A DNA stretch of 64,000 nucleotides from Gonapodya sp. JEL0774 (GCA_027604505.1 JADIIX010000005.1:248001-312000), one strand, 5' to 3'; positions 1-12,363 are shown, counted from the first letter of the stretch. Numbers and translations are program-made. Notes: generated by a model not told the origin, from the sequence alone.

Positions 1-491
1 GCGCAGACCAGACCGGTCTGTCGACAGAGGAAGGAGGAATCGCATCTGCGGTTCAAGTCCTTTGGCGGCGGCTGTCATGAGGGGTGTCCTTGTGCCCTGC
101 TTCAGTGCTTGAGGGGAAAGACGTAGACCTCATTGCTAGAAGAAGAGCGACTCAACTGATCTCGACAAAATGGGACGACACACCATTTGAGTCGACCATT
201 GGTGCAATCCACTGAACACATTCGATATCTTCGATTGCCTCATGAAGTGCTGTCCTTGCAGCGTTGTTGGAGATGCTCGCATCAGCCCCGAATTCTTCGA
301 TCAGAAGTCTTGGGAACAAGCAAGAGAAGGATCAGCTCCCATCTGCACCGCCAGAGACATTGCTTGACACGGACTTCATGAGCACGATGTTTTTTTCCCG
401 TGCTGCGTGATGTAAAAGGGTATCTTCGTTCTCGAGCTTTCATTTTAGCATCCTTCTTGAGCGCCTTCATTTGACCGTTGGTCAGCGACAT
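1..491 (-). CDS. Ankyrin-repeat protein, ANKRD16-like (5' part; runs off the window start; start codon uncertain)
   Basis: Not in the ORF track. Hand translation of minus-strand exons gives EDTLLHHAAREKNIVLMK | LLIEEFGADASISNNAARTALHEAIEDIECVQWI.. | ALKQGTRTPLMTAAAKGLEPQMRFLL. These are three consecutive ankyrin motifs (TLLH-AA, TALHEA, TPLMTAA) in the order recalled for ANKRD16. Confidence 0.7.
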
Positions 492-639
492 CACCCTACA
501 TATAATACTCGTTGTTGTGGAGACGAAAAACTCCGAGACAATCAAAATTGATAAACTTAACTATTATTGGATTTCTGAAACGTTCAGACGCAAACAACAT
601 ACAAATGAAGATGAAGAGTTCCAACAATTACCTCTCAAC

Positions 640-3433
640 TCATTGCACAATCCCCTCCTCCGCTCTCATTCTCTCCACCAATTCCTTACTCTCAGCCCAT
701 CTGCCCTTCTCATAGTACTCGGGATACTGATCAACCAGCCTCCTCACCTCCTCCAATCCTTCCTTCAACCTCGGCGTCATCTCCTCAAAAACATCCGAGA
801 ACAAAAACTCCACGGGCGGCTTCGGTAATGACTCGGCATGTTCCAATGCCGAAACAACTTCGAGTCGCGCGGCCTCCTTGAGCTGGGCTTCGTGTGTGAG
901 ATCGAGTAGGTTGCGCGCGAGGAGGTATTGGCGGAGTCGAGTGACCGGGTTGAACATTGTAGATTGGCGGGCGACTTCCTGCATACGATAATAGCGATGG
1001 TGGGACCGAAAACACAATAGCGGTTGGTGCTCAGGTCTGCGCTCCACACTTCTACAACTACCTTCCACCGACTCTCCGCACCCACTCGGACACTCACATC
1101 TCTGTTCCTATACACCGTACTATCATCACTCGTGGAATGGTGTCCCAACCTGATGGACAGACACTCGATCAGCACCGGCGTCTCTTCCTCGATGGCGATC
1201 TCCCTCGCCCGCCGCATGGCGGACAAGACGGCGAAGAAATCCGACGCGTCCACTCGGATGTGTGGAATGCCATAGCCGTGGCCGCGGGAAGCTGATTGGG
1301 AGAAGTTTTTGAGGCAGGGGATGTTTTTGACGGACATAGGGGATTGAAATTCGCTAGATCAAAGTGTGAACGGAGAACAAATGACTTACCAATTCCATCA
1401 CCGACATACTGTTCCGAAATGGGGGTAGAAATAGCCCACCCATTATTTCGACTGAAAAATGGAAACAAAATAATGATGAAGATGAGGAACACATCAAGAA
1501 ACGGGGAATCGAGCACCAAACCACACCAATCTCAACAACCAAGAGGCTGCCATCTCCACACCAATCCCCACAGTGCGTTATCGCCCTCACAAACTCACCA
1601 AACAAATATTGTAGGTGACTTTGTTGTAGCAGCGATGTTGATCGCTCCGTGGAAATCCCCTTCTGAAGCCGCCTGGCGGGTATCCAAAAACAACACAACG
1701 AGTTAAGCAGGGAAATATTGGGGTAAGAAGCACATAAGTAATGTATACGAGCCGAGGTTAGTAGCTGAAGGCACGATCTGCTCTCCTGTTCCCCATCAAC
1801 CCTGCGGACACAACCTACCCCATCCCCAAATACCACCACACTGACAACCCCTTCCACCGGCTCCCCCCTCTCTTTCGCCTTCTTCCTCTTCATCTTCTCC
1901 CCGTACGCCGCGCCCACCGCGTGGGGCAACTGGGTTGCCAAGTTCGCTTTCATGGTATGGAAGTTGGTGGCGCGGGAGCCTACACATTGGGGCATCTGGA
2001 ACGTCGAGGTGGAAAGAGTCCTGGGTGTAAACACCTGGCCGTGTGAGCGCCAGAGCACCTGTCCCAGTTCCACTCGCCTGTCTGCCCCGATTGTTATCAA
2101 GTGCCGAGGCAACCCACGAATGCAGGAGGGTGCGGAGAGGCACACCACGGTGAAGGAGGATACCTTTTCGCCGAGACAGCCAAGACAATGGGTAACAAGT
2201 GCTCATGCAGAATCGCACCGAAACACACATACCGTGTTCTCGATATTGACTACAGTGATAGCCATCAGTAGTTGACGGGGCAGCGTGCGGGTGTTTAGCG
2301 GGGGTTCCAAACCGTTCCAAACCCTCTGGCTTCACACCTGCTGCAACTCACCCAAACACTACATCCCCGTCTCTCAGCACTTCCGCCACGCCCATCATGG
2401 TTGCTTCTTCGCCATATGTAGTCATGTAAAAGGAGAATCGGCCCTGACGTTGGGCGTCGTAGAGGCTTAAAGCGGGGAACAGAGATAAATGACAGTAAAG
2501 GAGAAGGTGATGCGGATACCGGGGGGTACGAACACGTTGTCCATGGCATTAAGGCGGATCATGGAGTCATAGACAGCGAGGAGTCGATTTGTGGGAAGCT
2601 ACGGTCATGTGGATTTTGGAAGGATCCGAGTCACAAGGGAGCACCACGAAATCATTGATTCGGATAACAGACCACCTCACGATCCCACGTCCAGCCATGC
2701 TTGAAGCAAAGTTATCTCTACTGTACCAGGTTTCCTGACCCTGACCTCTCCTCACTGTGCAGAACGGTGCTCGTGCGTCTTATCCCAACCACTTCCGCGA
2801 TACCCCAGCGCATACAGCGATCGTCAACGGCCCACACAACCTACCATTTCTTCCACTTCATCTTCCCTCCCGTCCACGATACCGCCGTGTTGGTCCATCA
2901 GACGGAAAGTTGGTAAGGTGGGGTAGTCGTGTTTTGTGAAGAGGGCGAGCTGGAGAGATGAGGTGAGAAGGGAAGAGGGGAAGGCTGTTTGAAACCAAGA
3001 TAAGGTGTGAGTGGGTGAGGGGTCAGTTTGTGTGTTGCGAATTTGCAGAAACCAGTCTCCCACTGTCCACTCCCTGCTGAGACGCACACACGGCCTCTGC
3101 TTTCTTATTCCGCAAGCTCACACAGAGTGGAGTGGTCGTTTACATAATCAAGACACGTGTTTGCACAGAGGTCTCTGCACAGATTTTCACACACTCGCTT
3201 CACAGTGACCGAATTCCTATCCTGAATGCCACGACAGACGGATGAGCGAGTAACGTACCTGGAAACTTTGACCATTCAAGACTGGGACCATTGGAAGCAC
3301 CTGTTTGAGAAAGAGAATGGTCGAGTTCGACGAGTTTTCTGGGAATGAATGATGTTGTTGAAAGTTGAGAATGCGAAGAAAATAAGCGCCCGATTTGCAG
3401 TTGCAGATTGCGTGGACGGAGGACGAGTAGCAT
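640..3433 (-). CDS. BCKDHA: Branched-chain 2-oxoacid dehydrogenase E1 alpha subunit, mitochondrial (multi-exon, divergent)
   Basis: Presequence-like MLLVLRPRNLQLQIGRLFSS. Exons encode LPTFRLMDQHG, LYDAQRQGRFSFYMTTYGEEA, QYREHG, LATQLPHAVGAAYG, the ThDP motif FGDG..AASEGDFHGAINIA..NNGWAISTP, and RLGHHSTSDDSTVYR. Exon 2 was not resolved. Confidence 0.92.
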
Positions 3434-3557
3434 TTTTGCGATTATGATATGTACATACACGATTGAGCAGGGAGTCGATGGAGTCGAAGTTTTTTGGTCG
3501 GAAGAATTTGAACCGAGCCAGACTCAACACAGCAACAGTTGCAAACATACAGACCCA

Positions 3558-6500
3558 ATGGCGCCGGTTTCCCTCCCCCAAGCAGCCTTTGGACCTCCGC
3601 TTGATGGTGAAATTACCTTGGATGCTCCTGGCTTGCGAGAACCGTTTCACATCATCAGAGACTCCTTGGGTGTTCCTCATGTCCGGGCAAAGTCATTCGC
3701 GGATGCGGTAAGTGTGTTTTTGGCGATTTAATGACGCCGTCAAATCAATAGCGTGGGCGTGAGGTAAAGGAGCGTGGAAACACAGTGTGGAGGAATTGTT
3801 TCCGCGATCGTTGTTTGATGCTGGGCAGTTGGACACCCATAACATCAGACATGCCCGTATCTCTCGATTTTTACATAACCAAGTGTAATTTACTCCGACC
3901 GGAGTGCCTGCTTGGTCCAGCACTGTGTCGGGAGAAGTTGAGCCGAGTATACAGCTCGAATTCACACTAATGACCGTTAACTTACCATCCTCCACGGCTC
4001 AAGTTCTTCGCCCAAGCCTTCGCCACTGCCCAAGACCGCCTATTCCAAATGGACCTCGCGCGCCGCGTCATTCTCGGTCGCACAGCGGAGTTGCTAGGCG
4101 AAGGTGGTCCAGTCGAGAGAGACATGATGATGAGACGGATGGGGATGGGGGAGGGGTGTAAACGGGACTGGGAGGCGACAAAAAAGGATAAGAGGACAAG
4201 GGAGAGTGAGTTGTTCAGCTGGCTGAGTTGGGTGGGATGTAAGGCAGCCGATGCGGTGAGCCGAACCCTGATTTCGACCATGGACATGAATAATTTGCGG
4301 GCAAAAGTACGATGAGGGGTGAAGTAGAATTGTTGCTGGGTCGCTTCTGGGGCAGCTTTGTTTGGTGACGACGGCCAATACTCCAACATCTACCATTCTG
4401 TTGGGGCTTTTTCTCCTCCCCCCTCCTCTTCCCCCTACACAATCTCCGCAGTGCTTGAAGCGTACACCGCGGGAGTCAACGCATTCATGTCAACGCAACC
4501 ACTACCCGCCGAATACACTCTTCTCGGCGTCGAACCAGAACCCTGGCAACCTTTCCACTGCATCGCGGCTAGCAAAGCCCGTCATGTGTACGCTGGAACC
4601 GTAGCAGCCAAACTGGCTCGATCCAAACTATTTGCCAAGCTGCCTCGTGAGATCGCAGTGAGGCTGGTCCAAGAGGGACGCAGCACCACACCCGGTGACA
4701 AAACTATTATTCCCACGGGGGGCGAGTGGAATGTGTCCGGTGAAGTGCTGGCGGCAATCGAGGGAGGCCTTGACGCGGTGAGGGAGATGGTGGAGGCGGC
4801 GGCAGGTGCAGGGACTGGCACGGGAGGTTCAAACTCGTGGATTTTGGACGGAAGGTTCACGGAGACGGGAAAACCTGTGTTATGTGGGGATCCACATAGG
4901 GAAGTGGAGGTGGGTTACCCTGTGCGAGGATCCTGCTCCTTTATCATATCGAACTTTGTTTCCTCAATTGCCCACAGAACCCGACTATGTTCTATGAGAT
5001 CCACGTTGAATGCCCAGAGTTTGATATCATCGGGTACACCTTTTCCGGATCACCGGGTACGTGGATTATACTCCAAAGTCTCGGGAGGATTGTCCACACG
5101 ATGATTGATAATTCATCCATAGGGTTCCCGCACTTTGGTCACAGCAAGCATCTTGCATGGACAATAACGCACGCTATGGTTAGTGTACGCCTCCGCGTCC
5201 TGAGGGGTCCGACGAACTAAGGCATTGATATGAAATTTTGTTTTTGATCCTGCTCCATTTGTTGTGACTTGGGCTGTCGTGTCAGGCTGATAAAGAGGAC
5301 CTCTTCATCGAGAAAACCACCGTCGGGACCGATGGCCACCCAACCTACCTCTTTCGTAACTCCCAGCTTCCCCTTGTTGTGCACGATGAACCCATTCTTG
5401 TCCTCAACCACAAGACTCGCAAAATCGAATCCCACCCGCATCGAGTGTACTCTTCCCACCATGGGGGCATATTGATCGGGGATCCCACAAAGGATGAATA
5501 TTGTGTTTCTTTCGCGAATACTTCAAATGATCCTCGGCGGGAGAATAAGCAGTACCTGTGTCACTCGAGATTGTTGACCGCGAGGACGGTGGATGAGGCG
5601 GTGGAAGCCATGAGGGAATGGGTGGAGCCGCAAGGTAACTTTGGCATGGTGGATTTGCAGGGTAATATCGGGTGAGTTACAAGTTTACAAGTTGAATGTT
5701 TGCTAAGAAGTCCTTGACATGCTGTATTCGGTGGTTCTCGCTCCGCGGAAGATACGTAAACCGAGGTCGCCAGCCGATTCGCTCGTTTGAGAACTTGTAT
5801 GGGCCCGTTCCTGGATGGGACGGGGAGCACGAGTGGAAAGGGGTGGGTAGTTGGTATTCTAAGTCTGTGTCTTCTGGAAACGACATGTTGACTGTCAAAT
5901 TTGTTTCCAGTACATCCCGTATGAAGAGATGCCACGACTCATCAACCCACCATCTGGAATTATTGTACACGCAAATCAACCCATCATTGGTGTCTCGTAC
6001 AAATACCACCCCCTTTCCATCGACTACGCTCCGGCTCACCGCGCCTCCCGCATACACACACTTCTCACAGAAATTCTGTCCAGTCGGAAGTACCAACAAT
6101 CTGACACCGCGAAAATCACCGCAGATACAGTCAGCTTAGTTGCACCGATCTTTGTTCAACTTGCTCAGGATATACCAGCCAACTTGCTCGGCCGAGACGA
6201 ACAAATTGCTAGGGAGATGCTTATTGGGTGGGATAAGGACTGTGATAGGCATTCTCCAGCAGCCTCCATATACCAATCCTTCCGTCGAATGTTATGGACT
6301 TCGCTTTTGCGTCGTGGCCCGCTGGCGCCTCTAAATGCGCCAAATCCTCTCGGAAAATTGTCCGAGGGGCCACATTCGATGATGAGGGGAGCGACCCCCG
6401 TCATCACACTCAGCAATGCTCTTACCAGCGCACTCAGGAAGCGAGCGACGTTCGTTTTAGATGGGCCTGAAGATTCGTGGGTGAAACGGGGTATCGAGGC

Positions 6501-7123
6501 CCTGACAGCTGCTGTTGCCGAGCTCAAAACTTTGTTTCCGGACGAATCGGATTTCAGTGAATGGAGATGGGGACGACTACACAAAGTAAAGCCACACCAC
6601 CCGCTCAGTGGAACGTTCCCTGAGATTGCGACCGAGCTGGATGCACCCGCTTTTGAGATGGGCGGAGATGGGGATACCGTACAGGCTGCTGGAGTGGCAT
6701 CAAACTATTTGGTTTCAAGTAAGTGGAAGTTGCCACGTCAAAGCACTCACCAAATCACCAAATGGCATATCCCGAACCCATCTTGACGGGACTAGTGTTG
6801 TCGGTGTGTCGCTACCATTTCGATACCAGCGATTGGAGCAAGAGCTTGTTTGTCACACCACTAGGGGCAAGTGGCCATCCTATCAACCAACACTTCGGAG
6901 ATCAACGATTTACGTAAGTTAGCTTTCAGTACAGCGGGTTCGCTGTGGTGACTAACTACATTTTCCCCTCCTATTGAGCAGTTACGAGAATCACAAAATG
7001 CGTCCAATGCTCTTTGTATGGGACGACATCGAAATGCAGGCAGAATCGAGGCAAACAGTATCCAATAAGGTGGACTCAAATAGAGCTGTGGGCTCTAAAC
7101 CAACAGAAACTAGTTCGAAGTAA
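3558..7123 (+). CDS. Penicillin amidase / acyl-homoserine-lactone acylase family protein (Ntn hydrolase, peptidase S45), multi-exon
   Basis: IIRDSLGVPHVRA, FAQAFATAQDRLFQMDLARRVILGRTAELLG, nucleophile motif GSNSWILDGRFTETGKPVLCGDPHR (Ser codon 4829-4831), GFPHFGHSKHLAWTIT, NPPSGIIVHANQ, WRWGRLH, PLGASGHPINQHFGDQ. GT-AG introns lie between these blocks. Confidence 0.93.
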
Positions 7124-8061
7124 TATTTCTAATAGTGATTTGAAGGATTCATGGCGTCGCTATAGATTCTGACTTGTCGATGCGTTGTTAGAGTACTTGA
7201 AGGCAATTACTTTAGCTCACGGTGAACTTTCACAACATAGTAACCAACTTCATTTTGTCCAGAGGCCCCCTCAATTGGATTTCAAAACTTTCTCTAGACT
7301 TGGTACTCCTGTTCTGGATGAAACGTATGCTGAAACAATATGAACTGTTGAATGCGTAACATATCATGCCTTTTGCTAATGAACAAAACCACCAGTTCAA
7401 AGAGCCGGACATTTCAGCGGCTGCAAAAAGCTACCTCTTCATTACAGTTTAAATATCCGACTTAACGAAAGATTTGATTCATTGCAACGAACTTTATGGG
7501 TGTACCGAAGCACAGTTCATCCTGCTGCGCAGAGCCACGCGCTGTAAAAAGCCCAAGATTGCTCGCCAAGTGAGTCGCCGAGGGGATTTGGTCAGAGCGC
7601 CACCCCGAATACAACGGAAGTGCTTAGAGTCCTTCCCATACCAAGAGGCTGAAGGATGTGTTTACCAAAGGAGTCTGCACCAAAGCCATATCCTTGATAC
7701 CAATAGAAAATTCTCGAGGGAGTTTGAACGAGTAAGCTGTCACTTCTGGGGAGCGATGCAACTCGATGAAGAGGTGATTCTCTTGTGTGGAATCCCCCAA
7801 TCGAAGGAAGCCATGAAATCGAGCCACTCAGCAGACAATTCCACGCAAACAAGAATCACAAGCAATTATTGATGATATCTGCTTCATATGGATGCGTGGA
7901 ACGAGGTCCATCGCGAGGAATCCGTCGGGTCCACAATATTCGAGGCGATTGCGAGAGCTACGATGGCGGGGGCGAAGTTTTCATTGCGGTTCCTGACAGT
8001 AGAGATTGAGAGGTAAAGGTTCCCCATTTTGGAGCAGTTCTGGAGCAGGTGGCCGATCCGG

Positions 8062-8078
8062 ATTGGGATTGGGATTGG
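8062..8078 (-). promoter_or_regulatory. Three tandem CCAAT boxes (ATTGG x3 on + strand) upstream of COY1
   Basis: gATTGGgATTGGgATTGG about 100-120 nt before the ATG at 8181. Function is inferred from position only. Confidence 0.35.
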
Positions 8079-8180
8079 AGCCGGAGATGGAGCACATGGA
8101 TCTTTGTGCTGGTGTCCAGACGAACCCTCCAAACCCTCCTCCAATTGTTTTAGAATCCCCGTTTGTCTCAACATCCGACG

Positions 8181-11179
8181 ATGGATCCAGGGGACCTTGA
8201 GGTGCTATCATGTGATGACCCACCGCTGGATGAATCGCACGATCTAGAGACAGACCACGTTTCTTCATTAAATGGGCTCAGGGGTGTTGAAGAGGCACTC
8301 GCAGCATGGCAGAGTGAGCAACATACTGATCTGCAAAAATTCCCGTTTTGAGATGGGTTTTTGACACTAATAAGTACACTGTGCTTGCAAATGCTTGTTG
8401 CGGTGTCACAGAGATTGACCTGCCATTGCTCCAACGTGAGCTCGACAGCAAAGGGATAACTATGTCGGAGATACCTTCGGAGAATAATAACGCAAGAAAG
8501 AAACTTTCCGATCTGACAAAAGGTGGGTATGTGGCTCTTTCAGTGAGAGCGAGGGTAGCACGAACTTCACGGGTTTATTCAAGGTTACTTCATCCCTTTC
8601 CAATCTATCTGCCGCACCGTTGTTCATATTGACTATTCATGAACTGAAGACTTTCGGAAAGTTCCAGACGAGGAAAAGCTGCCCAAATTCCTTCCTCTTC
8701 TGAAGGCATATCAATCAGAAATCGACAATTTCGCAAAGCGCTCCCTTGTCGCTCACGCTGCCTTCTTGGACCTGTATCGCATATTCTCCGAAGCACCTGA
8801 CCCCGTCCCAATCATGGTTGCATTCTTAAGTCAAAGTGCTCGCATCCAAACCACCCAATCCCTAGAACTAGACATCAAACGCTTCAAATCAGAGCTCGAG
8901 AATGCGCTAACCCAGCTTGCGCACGCGCGAAAGGAGGCAAGCGATGTGGGGGTACTGCGAGAGAAAATAGCCAAGCAAGAGTCAAAATTCAACGAGATGG
9001 TGGCAAAACAAGTCGCGGATCGAGAGTTGGCACTGGAGAAAGACTATGAGGACCGCATCGCGGCTATGAAAGAGAGGTGATGGGAAGTTGCTACAACCTC
9101 TTAGTTGGCGATTTATATGATGACACCTCACCGCTCCCAGGGAAGACTATCTAACCAGGCAATTCGAGCACATCTCATCACAGCACACGCACCTACGCGC
9201 CACTCACACTGCCGCTCAGAGTCGCTTGCTGGATCTGACGCAAAAAACATCCGAAGAAAGCGCAGCCAGAGCTGCTGAGATGGAAATGGTTGCACAAGAA
9301 TTGGATACTGTCAGGGCAAGGCTCGAACGAAGCGAGGAGGAGAGGCGTAGACTTGTACTACGAGTAAAAGAACTGGAGTCCGGGGAAGAAGTGTCTGATG
9401 ATGACAGTGTACCAAGGAGGATGTTCCAGAAACGACCAAACACTGATGCTGCTGTCAAGTCGGAATTTGATTCTGAGGACAAAGTTCCCGATTTCGAAAC
9501 GTCTGCTTCACCCTCAGTTGCTCTCTTACTGTCGGACCTTGACCGTTTGCGATCGGAAAATGCTCAATCAGAAAGAGTCTTGCGTGACCGTATTACTGAA
9601 CTTGAGTGTGATTTGGAAGTTGCCAAGTCCGAGTGTGAGAAGCTCAGGCCTTTAATCGGAGTTGGATTGGAGCTTGAGACAGCGAAAAGAGAATTAGATG
9701 TGCTGAAGGTGTGCCAAGACACCTAGTTTTGCCGATCTTTACGGTCCCCGATGTTTAATTGTCTTCCAGATGGTCGAGTTCGGCGACACGTACGAAAAGC
9801 CCACCGAAAATCCCCCCGTCTCCCCCACTCAATCACTTCCTCGGTCCCTCGAGCGACTTCTTTTGGAGAAGAACCGTCGAATTCAGAACGAACTGGCAGA
9901 CCACAAAATGAGACTGGAAACCGCTCTCTCTGACCTTTCTGACACCATTCGCGACCGGGACGAAGCAACTGCTCGTTCGGATAAGCTGCAATCCTTGGTT
10001 GTGAAGCTTGAAGAGGATTTGGAGAGAGTTTCGGCAGGCGTTGGCGATCCAGTATGGACTTCTGTGAAGGGCCGTGACTCTTTGGGAGGCCTCGTGCCAA
10101 ACGAGGAAGTTCTTGCCGATGTTTTGGAGAATGTGTCAAGTAGATTGCAATCTGACGAGGCGAGGTTACCCCACGGGGCGCTGATGGATAGGTCAGCATC
10201 CGAAAGCGGGAGGCAACCAAGTTCCCAAACTACATCAACGATTGTGCCCATCCTCACTGGACAAAGGGATCGATATCGAAAGAAAAACTCGGAACTGGAG
10301 GAGGTGAGTAGTTTCTTTTGACGCGTCACTGACAACAACGTCTGTCAGCTATCAATGGTCATGGTTCCTTCAACCTGTAGCAAAATCGATCACTGATGAG
10401 CAAGGTTGCCCAGCTTCAGCGCACAATTGATCAACTGAAGGATGATAATGTTAAACTATACGAGCGGATGCGTTTCCTGCAATCATACGCGAGTGTCTCC
10501 GAAACAAGTCCTCCCCTTGGAAACTTCGATCAATCTACTTCTAGAATCAGTTCAGAGGAGAATAATTTTGCATTAGTATCTGATACCTCCGTCAACACTA
10601 GGATAGACATTCCAGTATCCGGTGGCAATCGCAAAGGCTATGCTGCCCAGAAGTCAACTGCGAACTCACCTCTCGGATCGTTACGGACGTTTGGACCTGA
10701 TAGCGGTGCTTTCCGAATTGATACTTATCAAAACGAATATGAGTCTCGACTGGATCCGTTCCGGAGGTTCCACGCCCAGGAGCAGAAGAACCACATTCGA
10801 AATCTTCCAAGTAAATTTCTGTCCTGCTCTTTTTATCGAGACATTTTGATTTCGCTCGCTCAAAGTTTATTTTCATTTCGATATACTTTTTGCTTGTGCT
10901 CAATCCGCCACCTCGGCAGCGTCCGACCGTTTCTCTCTCGGAATCGCGGCTTATATATTTGGAAATCGTGTCACTCGTGCACTGTTCGTGACATACTTAG
11001 GTGCCTTGCACTTGTTTGTTTTTGCACTCATTGCTGCGGAAATGATGCGAGTGGAGTGCCGACACGATCGTAAGTGTTGTTTCACATTCCCGCCAGCAAC
11101 TCACCTACTGAGAGCATTCCGATTTTTAGATGAGAGAGAGTATGCAAAATACTGCTCTACCCACACTCAAACGGCATAG
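8181..11179 (+). CDS. COY1: Golgi coiled-coil membrane protein COY1/CASP (multi-exon)
   Basis: N-terminal CASP/CUX1-type block (ARKKLSDLTK..FRKVPDEEKLPKFLPLLKAYQSEIDNFAKRS..FLDLYRIFSEAPDPVP), long coiled coils, IVPILTGQRDRYRKKNSELEE, LKDDNVKLYERMRFLQSY, YESRLDPFRRFH, and a C-terminal TM with Y..LH (TYLGALHLFVF). Confidence 0.9.
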
Positions 11180-11302
11180 ATCAAGATTATGAAATTGTAC
11201 TCATATTTTGTAGTGATCACCATTACAGTTCTTCCCAATTGCACAAAATAAACATTTCTCTCACGCCATCGTGTCCAAACCTCTCACCCTTGGAAAACCT
11301 AT

Positions 11303-12363
11303 ATGAGCATCGAAGCAAAATCACCTGTTCTAGCGGGACACGTTCTTGGGAACAGTCATGCTGCGAATACGGTTGGTCCAACTTTCAATTCTTGGAACCA
11401 TCGAAGTGATTGAACGATAACTAATCAAAACAAACCAGATTGAGATGTATCTCGACTATGGTGGGCTTTTGATGGATTCTTGGTTTCCGTGACTGCTGAT
11501 CATGACATTCATAAACCTTCAGTCTGCCCTTACTCGGGTCAGTTCATGCCCCTCTACCAATTTACATTGACATTTTGGATCTCACAATAGCGATGCGATT
11601 ATTTTTCTCATTCGGTGGACACAGCAAAAGCTTACCTTCGTTGGGTTAACGATATCCAACCTGTGATTGAAGCGAAGTATCCTGGGAAGGTTTGTTAAAA
11701 CACATGAGCGTTGATAATGTCCTGCGATCCGCGCCTCATTCTCTTTTCTCACGGCAGATACAATTTCTCTTTCGGCACCAGGTTCAGCCGTGGCACCCAC
11801 AAAGCACCTTGACGCATGAGGCAGCCCTTGCCGTCGAGAAAGTTGATCCCCTGAAGTTCCACGCTTTCAGCAAGCTCTTATTTGAGAGGCAGGTTGAGTT
11901 CTTTGACCTCAATATCCAAAATCTATCTCGGGACCAGGTCTACGCTCGGCTTGTGGAAATCGCGAAGACCGTTGGTGTTGACAGTGAAAAGGTGGCTGCC
12001 CTCTTGAGACTGAAAAGTGGGGAAGGTGTGCACTTCAATACTGGCAACTCTGTGACGGAGGACCGTGCGTAAATGTGCCACATCTCAAGCACATCTCCAC
12101 TATCTTCAACCTCGTGTGCCTCTCCCCTTTATCTAGTGAAACGTGTTATACGTCTGGGGCGCCAGAATGGAATACACGTGTCCCCAACAGGTTAGAGAAC
12201 GTTTTGCTCGCAGCAGCACTACACATCCTAACCCCCGATCCTCCACAAAATTGCAGCTTTGTTCAATGGCATTATTGAAAGTGCGGTTTCCAGCTCGTGG
12301 GGTCCTGATGAATTCCTAAAATTTTTTGTAGAGAGATTGCCAGCCTCCCCTCCTTCACTCTAA
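11303..12363 (+). CDS. Thioredoxin/DsbA-like fold protein with CPYS (CxxS) motif (multi-exon)
   Basis: Spliced: MSIEAKSPVLAGHVLGNSHAANT|IEMYLDY|VCPYS|AKAYLRW..|QFLFRHQVQPWHPQSTLTHEAALAV..|GRQNGIHVSPT|ALFNGI..SSSW. This is typical of the fungal thioredoxin-like (Thioredoxin_4/DSBA) family. Confidence 0.85.

Noticed and set aside
7124..8060. Short ORFs on both strands in a ~1 kb gap (e.g. 7474-7872)
   Set aside because: No recognisable motif or coherent exon chain. An orphan gene or ncRNA cannot be excluded.
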